DNA of 64,000 bases from Octopus vulgaris (taxonomy: Eukaryota): positions 62,001-126,000 of the forward strand of contig CATOCA020000002.1 in assembly GCA_951406725.2 (NCBI GenBank). The letters run 5' to 3'. Under the pieces are notes generated by a model. It was not told the origin of the DNA, did no database searches, and worked only from the letters and a program-made list of their open reading frames with translations. The translations under genes and the position numbers were made by a program. Shown here one piece after another: positions 50,796-63,605 of this stretch; position 1 is the stretch's first letter; every line of letters begins with the position of its first letter.

Positions 50796-51876
50796 CAGGG
50801 TGGGGAAGCAAAATTTACAATGAATGTTAAGTTGTTTTTTCTCAGCAGGCACTAAGTCAATTGTTTTGAAACCTAGCATATATTGATGTCGTAATCATAC
50901 CTAACACTATTATCCTTATCTTTTCAAAAACATTTGCCCATATGGGTAATCAGGAAAGCAAATGTCAAAGAGTGTGTGATTTGCTGAATGCACTCGTCAC
51001 ACCAAAGGAGATTTCAAGAATAGTTGGAGTGTCCATAAAGACTGTTTATAATATAAAGAATAGAATGACTATGAGCAAAACTATTATGAGGAGGTCTGGA
51101 AGTGGAGGAATCAACAAAAACGTACCAAAGCTTTTATTGACGCTCTCAAATCCAAAATCCTAAAGGATCCAACCAAATCCATGAGAAAAATGGCAATTGA
51201 ACTTCAGGTAGTTAGAAATGACAGATTTATTGCAAAATCAACAGCTGAGGTTAAGGGGACATTCAAAACAAAACATCCTGCTCAAGTTATGGCTTTTGGT
51301 GTTGTGGCTTCCGATAGAAAGAAAGTGCGTATAAAATTCTACAAAGCTGATGAAAAGATCAATCTTAATACTTACTACAAGACTCTGAGATACCAGGTAT
51401 TGCCATGGCTTAAAGCAAACTACCTAGATGGTAATTATGTATGGACACAGGGTGGTGCTCCAGCCAACACAGCTAGAAAAATACCAGATTTCTGCAAATC
51501 CAACTTTAGCAATTTTTTGGAATCATGTTTATGGCTACCTTCTAGCCCAGATCTAAACCCTCTGGATTATGCTATTTGGGGCTCTTTAGAACATGCTACT
51601 AATAGAACATCACACATTAATGTCGACACTCTTAAAGATACTATTAAAGAAGAATGGGAGACTTTGTCACCTGAATATTTGAGGAACACTTGTGCAAGTT
51701 TCAGGAAGTGTCTGAAGGCAGTTATTGAGGAAGGAGGACACATAGAATAAAAACATTTTCTATTATGTAAATTTTCTTGTGGCAAATAATTCTCATGACT
51801 TTCAATAACCTAATTGGTCATACACTGTCTTTCAATTCCTGCCTCAAAATATTGTAAATTTTGCTTCCCCACCCTG
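50796..51876 (+). mobile_element. Second maT (DD37D) copy with ~200-bp internal deletion
   Basis: Both TIRs present; highly similar to 19602-20887. Confidence 0.93.
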
Positions 51877-51888
51877 ATACACATAATC

Positions 51889-51920
<32 letters not shown>

Positions 51921-51924
<4 letters not shown>

Positions 51925-52343
51925 CAAAAACGATGAACATCAATGGAATTTGTATCTTTGCGGTACCAGTGCCGGTGGCACACAAGAGAACCATCCGAAC
52001 GTGGCCGTATCCAGTACCGCATCGACTGGCCTCCGTGCTGTGGGCACGTAACAAACACCATCCGATCGTGGCCGTTCGCCAGCCGCATCTGGCACCTGTG
52101 TCGGTGGCACATAAAAAAACACCATCCGAGCGTGGCTGTTCGCCAGCCTTGTCTGGCACCTGTGTCGGTGGCACATAAAATCACCCACTACACTCTCAGA
52201 GTGGTTGGCGTTAGGAAGGGCATCCAGCTGTAGAAACATTGCCAGATCTGACTGGCCTGGTGCAGCCTTTGGGCTCCCCAGACCCCAGTTGAACCGTCCA
52301 ACCCATGCTAGCATGGAAAGCGGATGTTAAATGATGATGATGA
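51921..52343 (+). mobile_element. RTE 3'-UTR-derived repeat
   Basis: Same family as 2727-3100 and 35789-36349. Confidence 0.8.
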
Positions 52344-52473
52344 TACATACATACATATATATATATATATACATACATATATATATATATGCATATATAT
52401 ACTTACATACATATATACACACACATATATATTAATATATATATGTATATATATATACATATATATATATATA

Positions 52474-52568
<95 letters not shown>

Positions 52569-52762
52569 ACATATATAAATTCCTCTATTTACATAATATT
52601 GAGGTCTTTTTCTTTTGTCATCTTACCGTTTTTACCAATATATGTACATATATATATATATATATTTATGCACACACACACACATATATATTTACATACA
52701 TATATATGTATGTGTGTATATATATACATATATATATATATATATGGATATATGTATGTATA

Positions 52763-52824
<62 letters not shown>

Positions 52825-52841
52825 CATATATCCATATATCC

Positions 52842-52916
<75 letters not shown>

Positions 52917-52923
52917 CATATAT

Positions 52924-52967
<44 letters not shown>

Positions 52968-52977
52968 ATATATATAT

Positions 52978-53023
<46 letters not shown>

Positions 53024-53070
53024 GATATATGTATGTATATATATGTGTGTGTGTATATATATATATATAC
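52344..53070. repeat. TA-rich microsatellite
   Basis: Directly visible. Confidence 0.9.
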
Positions 53071-53088
53071 CGTCGTCATATATGTATA

Positions 53089-53750
53089 TCATCATTATCA
53101 TTGTTTAACATCTGCTTTCCATGTTGGCATGGTTTGGACAGTTTGACTGAGGAAAGGCAAATCAGGAGGCTGCACCAGGCTCCAATCTGATCTGGCAAAG
53201 TTTCTACAGCTGTATACCCTTCCTAACACCAACCACTCTGAAACAGCAGTGGGTAATTTTATGTACCACCAGCACGGGGGCCAGTCAGGTCACACTGGCA
53301 TCGAACACACTCTAATGGTGCTTTTTACATGCCACCGGCATGAGTGCCAGTCAGGCAGCACTTACATTGTACACACACACGCACACACACATACACACAC
53401 ACAAACACACACACATACAGATATATATATATGTACAGATATACATGTACATATATATATGTACATATGTATATTATATTCAACATGGGCTATGACAGCT
53501 GAGAACATGTGTAGGCTCAGTGAAACATCAGCTATGACAGCTGAGGATATGCATAGGCTTGAAAGAAATGAAGCCAGTATGCTTTGCTGGATGTGCAGTG
53601 TCAGTGTGCATGTTTGACAGAGTGTAAGTATCTTGAGAGACAAGTTAGTCATAAGAGGAATCAGGTGTGGTGTGCAAGAGATATAGTCATGTGATGTGAA
53701 TGGACGAAAACAGCTGTGTAAAGAATTACCGATCTCTAACTGTGGAAAGG
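53089..53750. mobile_element. RTE-tail repeat (minus, 53089-53360) and RTE ORF fragment (plus, 53480-53750)
   Basis: Tail motif; TWAMTAEDMHRLERNEASMLCWMCSV. Confidence 0.7.
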
Positions 53751-54497
53751 GTGTGAAAGTCACATATGCCTTAATTTCCTTGATGAGATCTTCATAATGG
53801 GAATGACAAAATGACATAAATATCCAGAATAATTTGAAAAATTGATTCAGATAAAACATACTTACCGTGAGATTTTATCCAAATGTTCATTAAGTATAGT
53901 GGCCAGCAATACCATTGTAGTCACATGACATATGATGGGATTATTTTTCCTTTGGTGTAGTTGAACACTGTAGTGAGTGATTTGGCCACTGCATCACTGT
54001 AGGTGCAGTAATAAGGGTTAACACCTCGTTTTTGATTGTCCGCAGCTTAGCACCAAAAACTTAACTTTGACTAGTTGGCACTTAGAGTTAGATCTGTTCA
54101 CAAGTCCTCGCTGTGTTGTTGGTGTTGATTTCTCAATGTGTGATGGTACACACATCTCTCCAACATGCAATCACTAACATGACAACTCCACTTAAGCACA
54201 GCCATAATGCATAACATCGCACATTCAGCCAGATAACACTTTTATGGAACAATCATAAAAATGTTAGTAAATGTTTACATCTATTTTGAGGTCATGAATA
54301 TTACATGCACACATACACATCACGAATGAACACACAAAAACTCCATTCCGCTTCACTGTTTTAAGAGTCAATTTAATCTGCTACATTGAACAACATTTGT
54401 AATAAAATGTTAAGAATTGTTGAAATTACGACTCAGTCTCCTGTTATATATACCTTCTGATTAATTTTCTCACTCACTAAACTGCTGACCACTCATT

Positions 54498-56826
54498 CAA
54501 TTATTCCCAAACTTCATTCAACAGGAAGTGTGGGAAGTATTGACCAGGGTCATCCATTTTTGGCTCAAACTGTTAACATAACAACTGCTAGCTCGTGTGT
54601 GAGCTAGCAGGGGTTGGTTGCAGCAACTGCTAAGTTAGATAGGATGTGAGTTTTGGACTAAGTACAGCTGGACAGTCATCATCACAAGAAGGTAGGTGAA
54701 CTGTATATTATTTTCCCTCATACAACAGTTCTTTTTCTAGTCTTTCCTGTTTCACTCAATTAGTAAAATTTTCTTTCTTATTCTCCTTCACTTCTTTATA
54801 TTTTCTTTAAAAACTTCTCTATTTTTTGTAGGTTTTGACAATGGCAGACGCAGGAGCGAAGAAGAAACACCGGCAATATAATGTCAAATATTTGAAATAT
54901 GGCTTTATTCCATTACTTCACAGCAAGCAATTGCCGTTTCACCAGATATGTGAGAAGACATTCTCAAATGAAGCCATGAAGCCTTAAAGACTGAGCAAAC
55001 ATTTCAAGAAGTTGCATCTCAATAAAACCAATAAAGATGTGGGCTATTTCAAAGACTTGCATGACAAACATGGAAAGAGCAAAACTTTACATGACATGTT
55101 TGCCAGTGTGACACATAACAATGACAATGGCCTATGCACTTCTTATAATATTGCTCTCTTCATTGCCAAAGCAGGCAAAGCCCATAGAATTGGGGAAACT
55201 TTGATTGCTTAAGTAATTCATAAAGTTATGACAACTGTTCTGAAGAAAACTCCTGAACCAGTTTTGAAAGCTATCTCTTTGAGCAATAATACCAGACAGA
55301 GGGGCATTGATGAAATGGCCACTGATATTGAAGAAAATCTTTGCAACATTTTACGAAACATGGAGTTTAGCTTGCAACTAGATGAATTAACTTTGCTCAA
55401 TGACAAATTTCTGCTCTTGGCTTATGTACAATTCATTCATGGCAGGAAACAATACCAAGAAGTTCTGTTTGCTTGCACTATGGAAACCAATATGAAAGAA
55501 CACTGTATTTCATACTGTGGATGAATTTTTGAAGCAGAAAGAAATACCAATGAAAAACATTCTTGCATGTGCAACAGACGGTGCTGCATCTAAGGTTTGG
55601 TGGTTCTAAGGTTTCATCGCATTTCTCAAGCAAGCAGTCCTAAATGTTATGGTCATTCACTGTCTCGTCCATCAACAACATTTAGTCACTAAAAACATCA
55701 CTCCATGTCTAAATGCTTCTCTGACCATCGTGATTGCAGCTGTGAACAAAATCAAAGCTCACTCATTGAATTTGTGACTTTTCAAAATGCTGTGTTCTGA
55801 AAACAACGAAGAATTTGAGAGGCTGCTACTGCACACAGAGGTGTGATGACTTTCTAAAGGAAACTGCCTTGCTTGCTTTTTCTCACTCTTTATCTGTGTC
55901 ATTAATTTCTTACAGTCAGTGGATTTGTTGCTAACAGAACAACTCACAGCCATTAAGCTCCATGTTGCCTAGTTGGCTGACATTCTCACAAAGTTCAACA
56001 ACCTGAACCTCCAAATGCAAGGTGATGAAATGAACCTCATCAAATCCAAGTCAGCCATCCCTGGTTTCATTGTGAAACTGCCCTTTTACCAGTGAAATAT
56101 TGGATGCAAAGACTTCTGTCAATTTCCAAGCCTTAGAGAACTGGGAGAATGCTCATCTGATGATATGCTTCTCCTTTTCCCAGAGTATCTCAAGAGCATT
56201 GAAGCTGACATGAAACTGCATTTTCAGGATTTGTCAGATCAGGAAATCCTGCCTTGGATCTTGGACCCTTTTCAGGTCACAGATATCGACATGGACGGGC
56301 CCATTCAAAGAGAACTTATTGGACTTGTGAAATGATTTTTTTAAATGGCACGTTTACCAAGAATTTTGGCTGCAATCCACTGTTCCAGAAAAATTTCCTG
56401 CATTGAGGGAAAAAGTAAAGTTGTTTTTATTGCCTTCCCAACATCGTATTTAGTTGTTTAGTTTCAGTGTGGTGTCCCAGATTCTCAACAAGTCAAGAAA
56501 TCACCTGGATATTGTGCAGAGATGAGACCTGCGACATCACTCTACCGGCATGAAGCCCAGTATTGAAGAACTCTTGAGCAAGCATCAAATTCATCCTTCA
56601 CATTAATTACATGTATGACCATGGATATTGAAAAAAAATGCTATTCAGAACTATGTTTCTATCAACTTTACTAAGATTAGATGGTGGAAAACATCAATTT
56701 TACTTCAAGTACCTTCTTATCACAATAAACATAGTGTTGAACATTTTTTAGGGTGAGGCAGGGGTAATAGATGGGCGAAAGTATTGAAAAAGAAGCGACA
56801 GCTTGGTCAAGTTTGGGAAGCACTTG
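54498..56826 (+). mobile_element. hAT Buster/Charlie-type DNA transposon, degenerate (transposase 54841-56606)
   Basis: YLKYGF..CEKTFSNEAMKP*RL..H, ISLSNNTRQRGIDEMA, FSLQLDE, CATDGAAS, HCLVHQQHL, LLLHTEV, HPSH*; degenerate TIRs caattattcccaaactt / aagtttgggaagcacttg; TSD not seen. Confidence 0.88.
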
Positions 56827-57002
56827 TCTAAATTACACAAAAATGAAAATAACACTGACATCTCAATTTAACAGATATATTTACCAATATATATATATAT
56901 ATATATATGAAGTTAATCCAAACAAGAAAGCACAAAAAAAACACAACAACGCGAGGACGTGTAACAAATATAGTATTATTGGACACTCAGGAAAGAAGGA
57001 AA

Positions 57003-57450
57003 TGCATTTCTAAATCTCTCAGAGAATTTATACAGTAGCAGTACGATAAGGTGATGTTATGTTGCCAACTTAATGTGGCAGTCCCATGAAAGGGAAGAAT
57101 GCTACTGCTATTTAGCCCCAGGAAACACTGTTTCCAGTTGGCCATGAACACATTTTCTATGTCCTTGTGTTTTCACAGGGGGATATAAGCACCTCCAACC
57201 AGCAAAGCCAGCATCCAGAAACTAGTTTCAGAGTCATTGCTCATCATCAGTCTGGAGTAGCATGGCTTGCTAGCTGTAGATGCTCATTCACCTTTGAAAA
57301 CAAATATATTTCAAGTGAAATACATTCACTGATTTCAAAAATAGAAATATTGCATTTCTAAATCTCTCAGAGAGATTTATACTGTAGCAGTACAAGGTAA
57401 TGTTATTTTTCCAACTTAATGTGGCAGTCCCATGAAAGGGAAGAATGCTA
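57003..57450 (-). mobile_element. Retrozyme-like HHR repeat, about 1.3 tandem units (period 348 bp)
   Basis: tgcatttctaaatctctcagag at 57003 and 57351; reverse complement of the 57465-57822 unit. Confidence 0.8.
57215..57255 (-). ncRNA. Minimal type I hammerhead ribozyme
   Basis: CCAGA-CTGATGA-TGAG CAATGA CTCT-GAAA-CTAG-TT-TCTGG; palindromic stem III ACUAGU; GUU site; U-U at the base of stem II. Confidence 0.75.
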
Positions 57451-57464
57451 TGAGCATGGACACT

Positions 57465-57822
57465 TAGCAAGCCATGCTACTCCAGACTGATGATGAGCAA
57501 TGATTCTGAAACTAGTTCCTGGGTGCTGGCTTTGCTGGGTGGAGGTGCTTATCTCCCCCTTTGAAAACCTAAAGACACAGATGTGTCATGACCAAATGGA
57601 AACGGTGTTTCCTAGGGCTAAATAGCAGTAGCATTCTTCCCTTTCATGGGACTGCCACATTAAGTTGGCAACATAACATCACCTTATTATGCTGCTACTG
57701 TATAAATATCTCTGAGGGATTTAGAAATGCAATATTTCTATTTTTGAAATGAGTGAAGGTATTTCATTTGAAATATATTTGTTTTCAAAGGCGAATGAGC
57801 ATCGACTGCTAGCAAGCCATGC
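57465..57822 (+). mobile_element. Retrozyme-like monomer (345-bp period) with HHR at 57482-57522
   Basis: Starts and ends with tagcaagccatgc; CCAGA-CTGATGA...GAAACTAGTT-CCTGG. Confidence 0.8.
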
Positions 57823-60800
57823 CTTTCTTCGTCTGTGACACGTTATTTTCATTTTGCTACCCTGCGTTATGTGAGTTCGTTTCTATCTGTTTCTTGTACA
57901 TTTGTGCTATTTGTTATATACCTTACCCGAATTTGAACTGTTGTCTTTTGACAAACTGTAATTTTCACCCTACGGGGCAGAAAATTTCTGATAATTTTTA
58001 TTCAAAATATTTTTGCGAACTGTTTAGTTTTTAACCTTTACGGGTTATTTTTCTGAAAATTTTTCTTGTCATGGAATTCAACCTTTCATCAAAAAAGGAT
58101 TTTCCTGAGATAGGAAAAGGAAATGCAACTGTGAACCAGCAGGATACAAAGGAAAAACAGAGTTTTTCAACCGCATGGGCGGCAATGCTACAGAACTTGA
58201 AGTAACAATGGACCAGCTTTTCAAGCTTAGAAATCTAATTAAAAAAAGTGGAGTGGAGACCAAGTTGTTGCCACCCCTTGAGACAGTACAAGCCATTAAT
58301 GTGAAAACAGTTGGGTACAAAGCCTATAACATCAAAGAAAAGTGTATAATGGATGTAAAAAAATGAAGCAGTAAAAAAATGTATGGCACCTATCTGGAAT
58401 AAAGTACGCTACGTTAGCTGAGGAGCAAGAAGTGCCCCAATTGAGTCACATTTCGAGTTGGCTAGCATAGCCAAGGAGGTATCAACACAAACGTTGAAGA
58501 ATGAAGAGATAATGCTGCTGCCCACTGACTTGGGTCGCAGGACCACAAAAGTGACAGTGGAAGAGATCTCGGTAGGGTATGAGTTAAAGTGGGTAGTAGC
58601 TGCAGTAGTGTACGATGTGGAGGAAGAAATTTCAATCCTACAAATGAGGAAAAAAGATGTGGTAAACTGGTGAGGACAATCCTTGGAAATGGTCATTCAA
58701 GCGGCCAAAATTTACCTGATAGGGTGTTGTAGGGGAGGGGCATACAATTCATATGTTGGTAGAAGGACATAGGCTCAGATGCTTCAAATGTGGAGAGAAG
58801 GGCTACATCCGTTCCAAATGCGCCAAAAAAAAGATGGTGAGGCCCCTCCCCAAAAAGCTGCAAACGGGAAGAAGGAAAAGAACATGACAAAGGAAGTGAA
58901 CAACAAAGAGTGAAATGCAAAAAAAGAAAGATGAAGTAGAAACTAAAGCAGACACGAGTAAAGACAACGAAGAAATGGACCTCCCCACAGTCACCCATAA
59001 GAGAAGAAAAGATACACATTTGCAACTCCCTCCCCAAACAAAAAAAAAATCAACAAAAATGACAGCAAACACACAAAACCAAATTCCCCAATCCAACCCC
59101 ATTTGCCAAACTCCTCCCCAAAATACAAGAAAAAATTGTGATGTTCAAGGAAAATAATGAACCATTAGCAAAAGTGATCAAACACCATCACATGGTGAGA
59201 ACTTATAAACAAAATAAAGACACACCAAAAGATGTAAGATTTGCTAAAATGGACAGAACCCTTTTTCCAGAGCTGAAATCTCACTATCATGAGGATATAG
59301 GAGATGTTAGCTCTGATGTGACAGAGGGGAGGCTTATTGTAAGTCCAGCTGCCACACCTAGAAAAAGCCCAGCAGCTACACCATCTAAAGAGAAAGATGG
59401 GGAGGTAGGCGGATTTGTGCAGCCCCTCCCCCAACTTAAATTGTAAGTACCCCTTTAAAATTTTTATACCATGTCGATTAAGTTAGGGTGCATGAATGTG
59501 TGCGGTCTGGGGTCGTAATGGAAACAAACTTGTTTCTTGGATGACCTCAGGTTACATGATATAGATGTGTGCATCGTAACTGAGTCCAAAATGAGTGGAC
59601 CACAAGCGTTCTTGCCTCTCTTGAATGGCTATGAAAAATTAATTGCTCCTAGCTGACAAGGAGGAGGGGGTGTGGTGGTCTTATTCAGGAAGAACTTGGA
59701 TGTACAAGTTAGTACTGTCTTTCTGGATCCAGAAGGTAGGCTGGTCATCCTGGATGTGACCCACAAGATTAAACAGTCCTTCAGGTTGGTAGCTGTCTAT
59801 GCTCCTAACGAGTGTGGGCAGTCTGGTTTTTTTTGAGACCTGGAGCAGTTTCTAGTGATGTCAAAAACAGTAGTTCTGTTAGAAGACTTTAATACTATCC
59901 TCGATGCACGGGTGGATGGTGTTGGCTCAACTGATAGGAAAGGAAATCCTGGCCTCAAAGACTACTAGAGAGCTATAATCTAGTAGACCGTTATAGACTG
60001 GATGAACCAAGCATTCCACAGTGGACGTGGAGTAATAACGACGGCTTCACAGATCTTCTATAGATAGGGTATTTGTTAGAGATAGGGATACATTTAGATG
60101 TCCATGATTTTTTATTGTACCTTACATGGACCACAAATTTGTGATGTGTGAGGTACGCAGATAAATGTCAAAGACAGAGACCTGGGTACTTGGAGATGAA
60201 CAAGTTTATTTTGACTTGTAAAGTCTTCCGTGCCCGGATTAAGGAGTTAGTACAGAGGGCACTATGTGACACCATCATTAATAATAGATGGTAGCATGCC
60301 TCCAAGAGAGCCATTCGTTTAGAGCCTATTAGATTTAGCAATCAGCTAAGTTTGGATAGATCTAGAAGAGAAGGGGAATTAGTTAAGAATTTAGATGAGG
60401 CTATGGACTCTGGCTCTGCTTCAAGAGTGCAGGCAGCGACAATGACCTTGTACCGTCACCTCAAAGCCAAACATGAAGGTAGCAGAGTTAGAGCTAAGTT
60501 ACATGCAGGGTTGAGGAAGTGTTAACATTGCTGGATGGGCAAGTTGTGTGGAGAGTTATAAGGGCGAAAAAGCCTCTATAAAGTTTTTAACTGACAAACA
60601 GAGGTGCAAGATCTATGGACAGGAAATGATGCAAAGGGCCTTTCACCAGCATTTCACCCGGTTGTTTGGGTAAAGCAGAGCACTTGAGCTTGGGGAGCCC
60701 TTAAAGGACTTTCTAGCTGGTGGGCCATGACTCTTGGCAAAGGAGGCGAAGTGCTGTGAAGGACCGATTACTCCTGCGGAAGTAAAAGAGGTGTTGGCCA

Positions 60801-62981
60801 AGTGTGCCAGGGCTGGATGATCTACTCTATGAGTTTTATCGTAGCATGCCGGACTTGTTTGGGGACCTGCTGGCCAGCGTCTACACAAACTAGCAATGGA
60901 ATGGGAGGATTCCCAGCTCTGTGAGTGGTGACATTGATCCAGAAGGATCCAAGAAAGGGGTATAATAGTAATTATAGGCCCATAACTCTACTTAATGTAG
61001 AGTTAAAGCTTTTGGCCAAGGTGTTTGCCAAAAGGTTGACAGCTGTCGTGGAGAAACTTGTAGGAAAGGCACAGACATGTGCCATCCCAGGCAGGTTGAT
61101 CCAGGACAATCTTTACCTTATATGCTACACCTTAGACAGGGTTGGTAAATTATCCAGTAAAGGTGAGGCAATGGTCCATTTAGCCCAAAGTAAAGCGTTT
61201 GATAGGGTAAACCACCAGTAACTGGCAGTGGTCCTCAAAGTGGCTGGGCTGGGCCTGGACATCCATAGGTGGATCTCCGGCATGTACAGCGACATCAAAT
61301 CCACCATCCAGATAAACAACCGTTTATCTATCAGAGCTGTTTTCAATCAAGCACTCAGTTTGTCAAGGGTGTTGCCTGTCTCCACTTCTGTACATTTTGG
61401 CTCTTGAGCCATTGCTGCGGAAGTTGGAGAAGTTGAGAGGCAATCCTAATGAAATCAGATGCGGTAAGTCTGTTTCTGCTTATGCAGATGACATCACCTT
61501 CATCGTGTCCAATGAAGTGCAGTTACCTTGAGTAAAGGGTGCTATCAAAGGATACGAGGCAGTGGTAGGGGCAAATGTTAACAAGGACAAGTCCATTAGC
61601 TTGTGCCTCGGCACCTGGAGGAGCAAGTCGATATCATCCAGTGTCATGAGTCACTGGACAGATGGTCCAGTTAAGTTGCTTGGAGTTTGGTTTGGACCAG
61701 ACTCCCAGTTGGAGAAGAATTGGAACAGGTGGCAGACAAGGTAGAGACTCTAGTACGGACTTGGAACAAAGGGCTCTGTCCTTGAAAGGAAGGGCAGAGG
61801 TGGTACAGATGTTTATTGCATGTCATCACCTAGTACCTGACTGTTGTCCCTTGCCCCAATTTGTGGATAAACAAGTTGGAGTGCCTCCTTTTCTGCTTTT
61901 TGTGGAAGGGAGGAAAGCCACTTGTGAGGTGCTCCATTTGCTGCCAGGAACCATTAAAGAGTGGTTTAGGGATGCTCTGGTTAATGATGTGCAGGCATGC
62001 GTTGAGGCTGAGGTATCTCTTGCATTACCTGGAGGGTGATAAGGTGTGGAATCTGCTGGCAGAGGAATTCTTTCCACGACGAGCCTCTTTGAAGCAATTT
62101 AAACCTAGTTTCATTAAAAGATGTAATCTGACTGAATAGCAAAAGGAGTGTTGACAGGCACTCATGCTTATCCACAAGATGGGCAATGCCGGCAGTGGGA
62201 ATATCACCTTAGTTTTGTAAAGAAGGCTGGTAGAGTACAAAAACGATGGCGCCCTAGGAAGGGCTCTGGGGTTCGATGAGAACCAACTTACCAACCTGTT
62301 TGAAAAAACTTTCGGACCAGGGTAATTGGATATTTACCAAAAATCTCTGGCCTGGCAGTGCTACAGGAATGCTTTACCTGTTCATGATAAGTTATCCAGA
62401 CACAGAATGTCAGTGCCAATAACGTGTCCAAGATGTGGGCTGGACGATGAAACCATCCAGCACATTTTTGGGAAGAGTACAGCTATTGGTGAAATCTATA
62501 ATATAGATTGTATTACCAACTGGACTCTTGAAGGAAGGTGAGGTATGTCTTTTCTGTACAGTTGTTGTGCTGAAAGAATGTGTGTGGAAGACTAGAATGC
62601 AAGGACTCATGACAGGATCCTTCATCTCTGGCCCTGGTTTGCTACAATTCTTCAGATATCATCTGAAGAGCAAGATAGGGCTGGAGAGGAGGATCCTGTC
62701 GTGAAGTGTGTTTGAGGAAAGATGGAAGTCTGTGTTAAGAAATGTAGGTGCAAGTAACCCTACTTAATCTGCATTGGAAAAAAAAGGAAAGGAGTAGTTG
62801 CTGGGCCTTTGAGGTAACCAGGCATAAACCTCTCCCCAAAAGGAAAAAGGCTATATATTAAAATTAATCATTTCATTAAAATTTTTAAATAAGGATCATT
62901 TGAACTCATATTAACTTTTTGGCATGTGTTGTCCTGTGCTGTACCATCTATGTGTGACATTTATTGTCTTAACAAAAAATT
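57823..62981 (+). mobile_element. Full-length degenerate L1/Tx1-clade LINE (ORF1 about 58071-59446, ORF2 about 59471-62767)
   Basis: ORF1 zinc knuckle CFKCGEKGYIRSKC; APE MSIKLGCMNVCGL, AVYAP, DFN, MDHK; RT NYRPITLLNVELK, SKAFDRV, AYADD; CPRC..DETIQHIF; A-rich tail; TSD gctagcaagccatgc at 57808-57822 and 62984-62998. Confidence 0.92.
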
Positions 62982-63210
62982 CAGCTAGCAAGCCATGCTA
63001 CTCCAGACTGATGATGAGTAATGTCTCTGAAACTAGTCTCTGAATGCTGGTTTTGCTGAGAGGAGGTGCTTATCTCCCCTTTGAAAATATAAGGACACAG
63101 GAAATGTATCAAGGCCAACATGAAACAGTATATCCTAGGGCTAAATAGCAGTAGCATTCTTCTCTTTCATGGGACTGCCACATTAATTTGGCAACATAAC
63201 ATCACCTTAT
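62982..63210 (+). mobile_element. Continuation of the retrozyme-like repeat with HHR at 63003-63042
   Basis: CAGA-CTGATGA-TGAG TAATGT CTCT-GAAA-CTAG-TC-TCTG; GUC site. Confidence 0.8.
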
Positions 63211-63249
63211 ATTTATATATATATATATAAATACACATATATACATTCG

Positions 63250-63605
63250 TTTATTTGTTTCAGTCATTTGACTGTGCCTTTAGTCAAAGAAACTGATGCC
63301 AGGACTTCTTCTTTGTAAGCCCAGTACTTATTTTATTGGTCTCTTTTGCCAATCTGCTAAGTTACCAGAATGTAAATACACCACCATTGATTGTCAAGCG
63401 ATGGTGGGGAGTGGGGAGACAAACAGAAACGCACAGTTAAATATATATATATATTTGATGGGATCTGAAAAGAATCCACTCACAAGGCTTTGGTCAGACC
63501 AAGGCTATAGTAGAAGACACTAGCTCAAGGTGCCATGTAGTGTGACTGAACCTGGAATCATATGGTTAGGAAATAAGCTCCTTACCACACAGGCACACCT
63601 GCGCC
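63250..63605 (-). mobile_element. tRNA-derived SINE with a CR1/L2-like 3' tail
   Basis: Same head as 21462-21627; tail ..gactgaaacaa resembles the LINE 3' end at 46251-46260. Confidence 0.8.

Noticed and set aside
54841-56606. Domesticated ZBED5/SCAND3-like gene
   Set aside because: Multiple stops and frameshifts plus residual TIRs indicate a dead transposon
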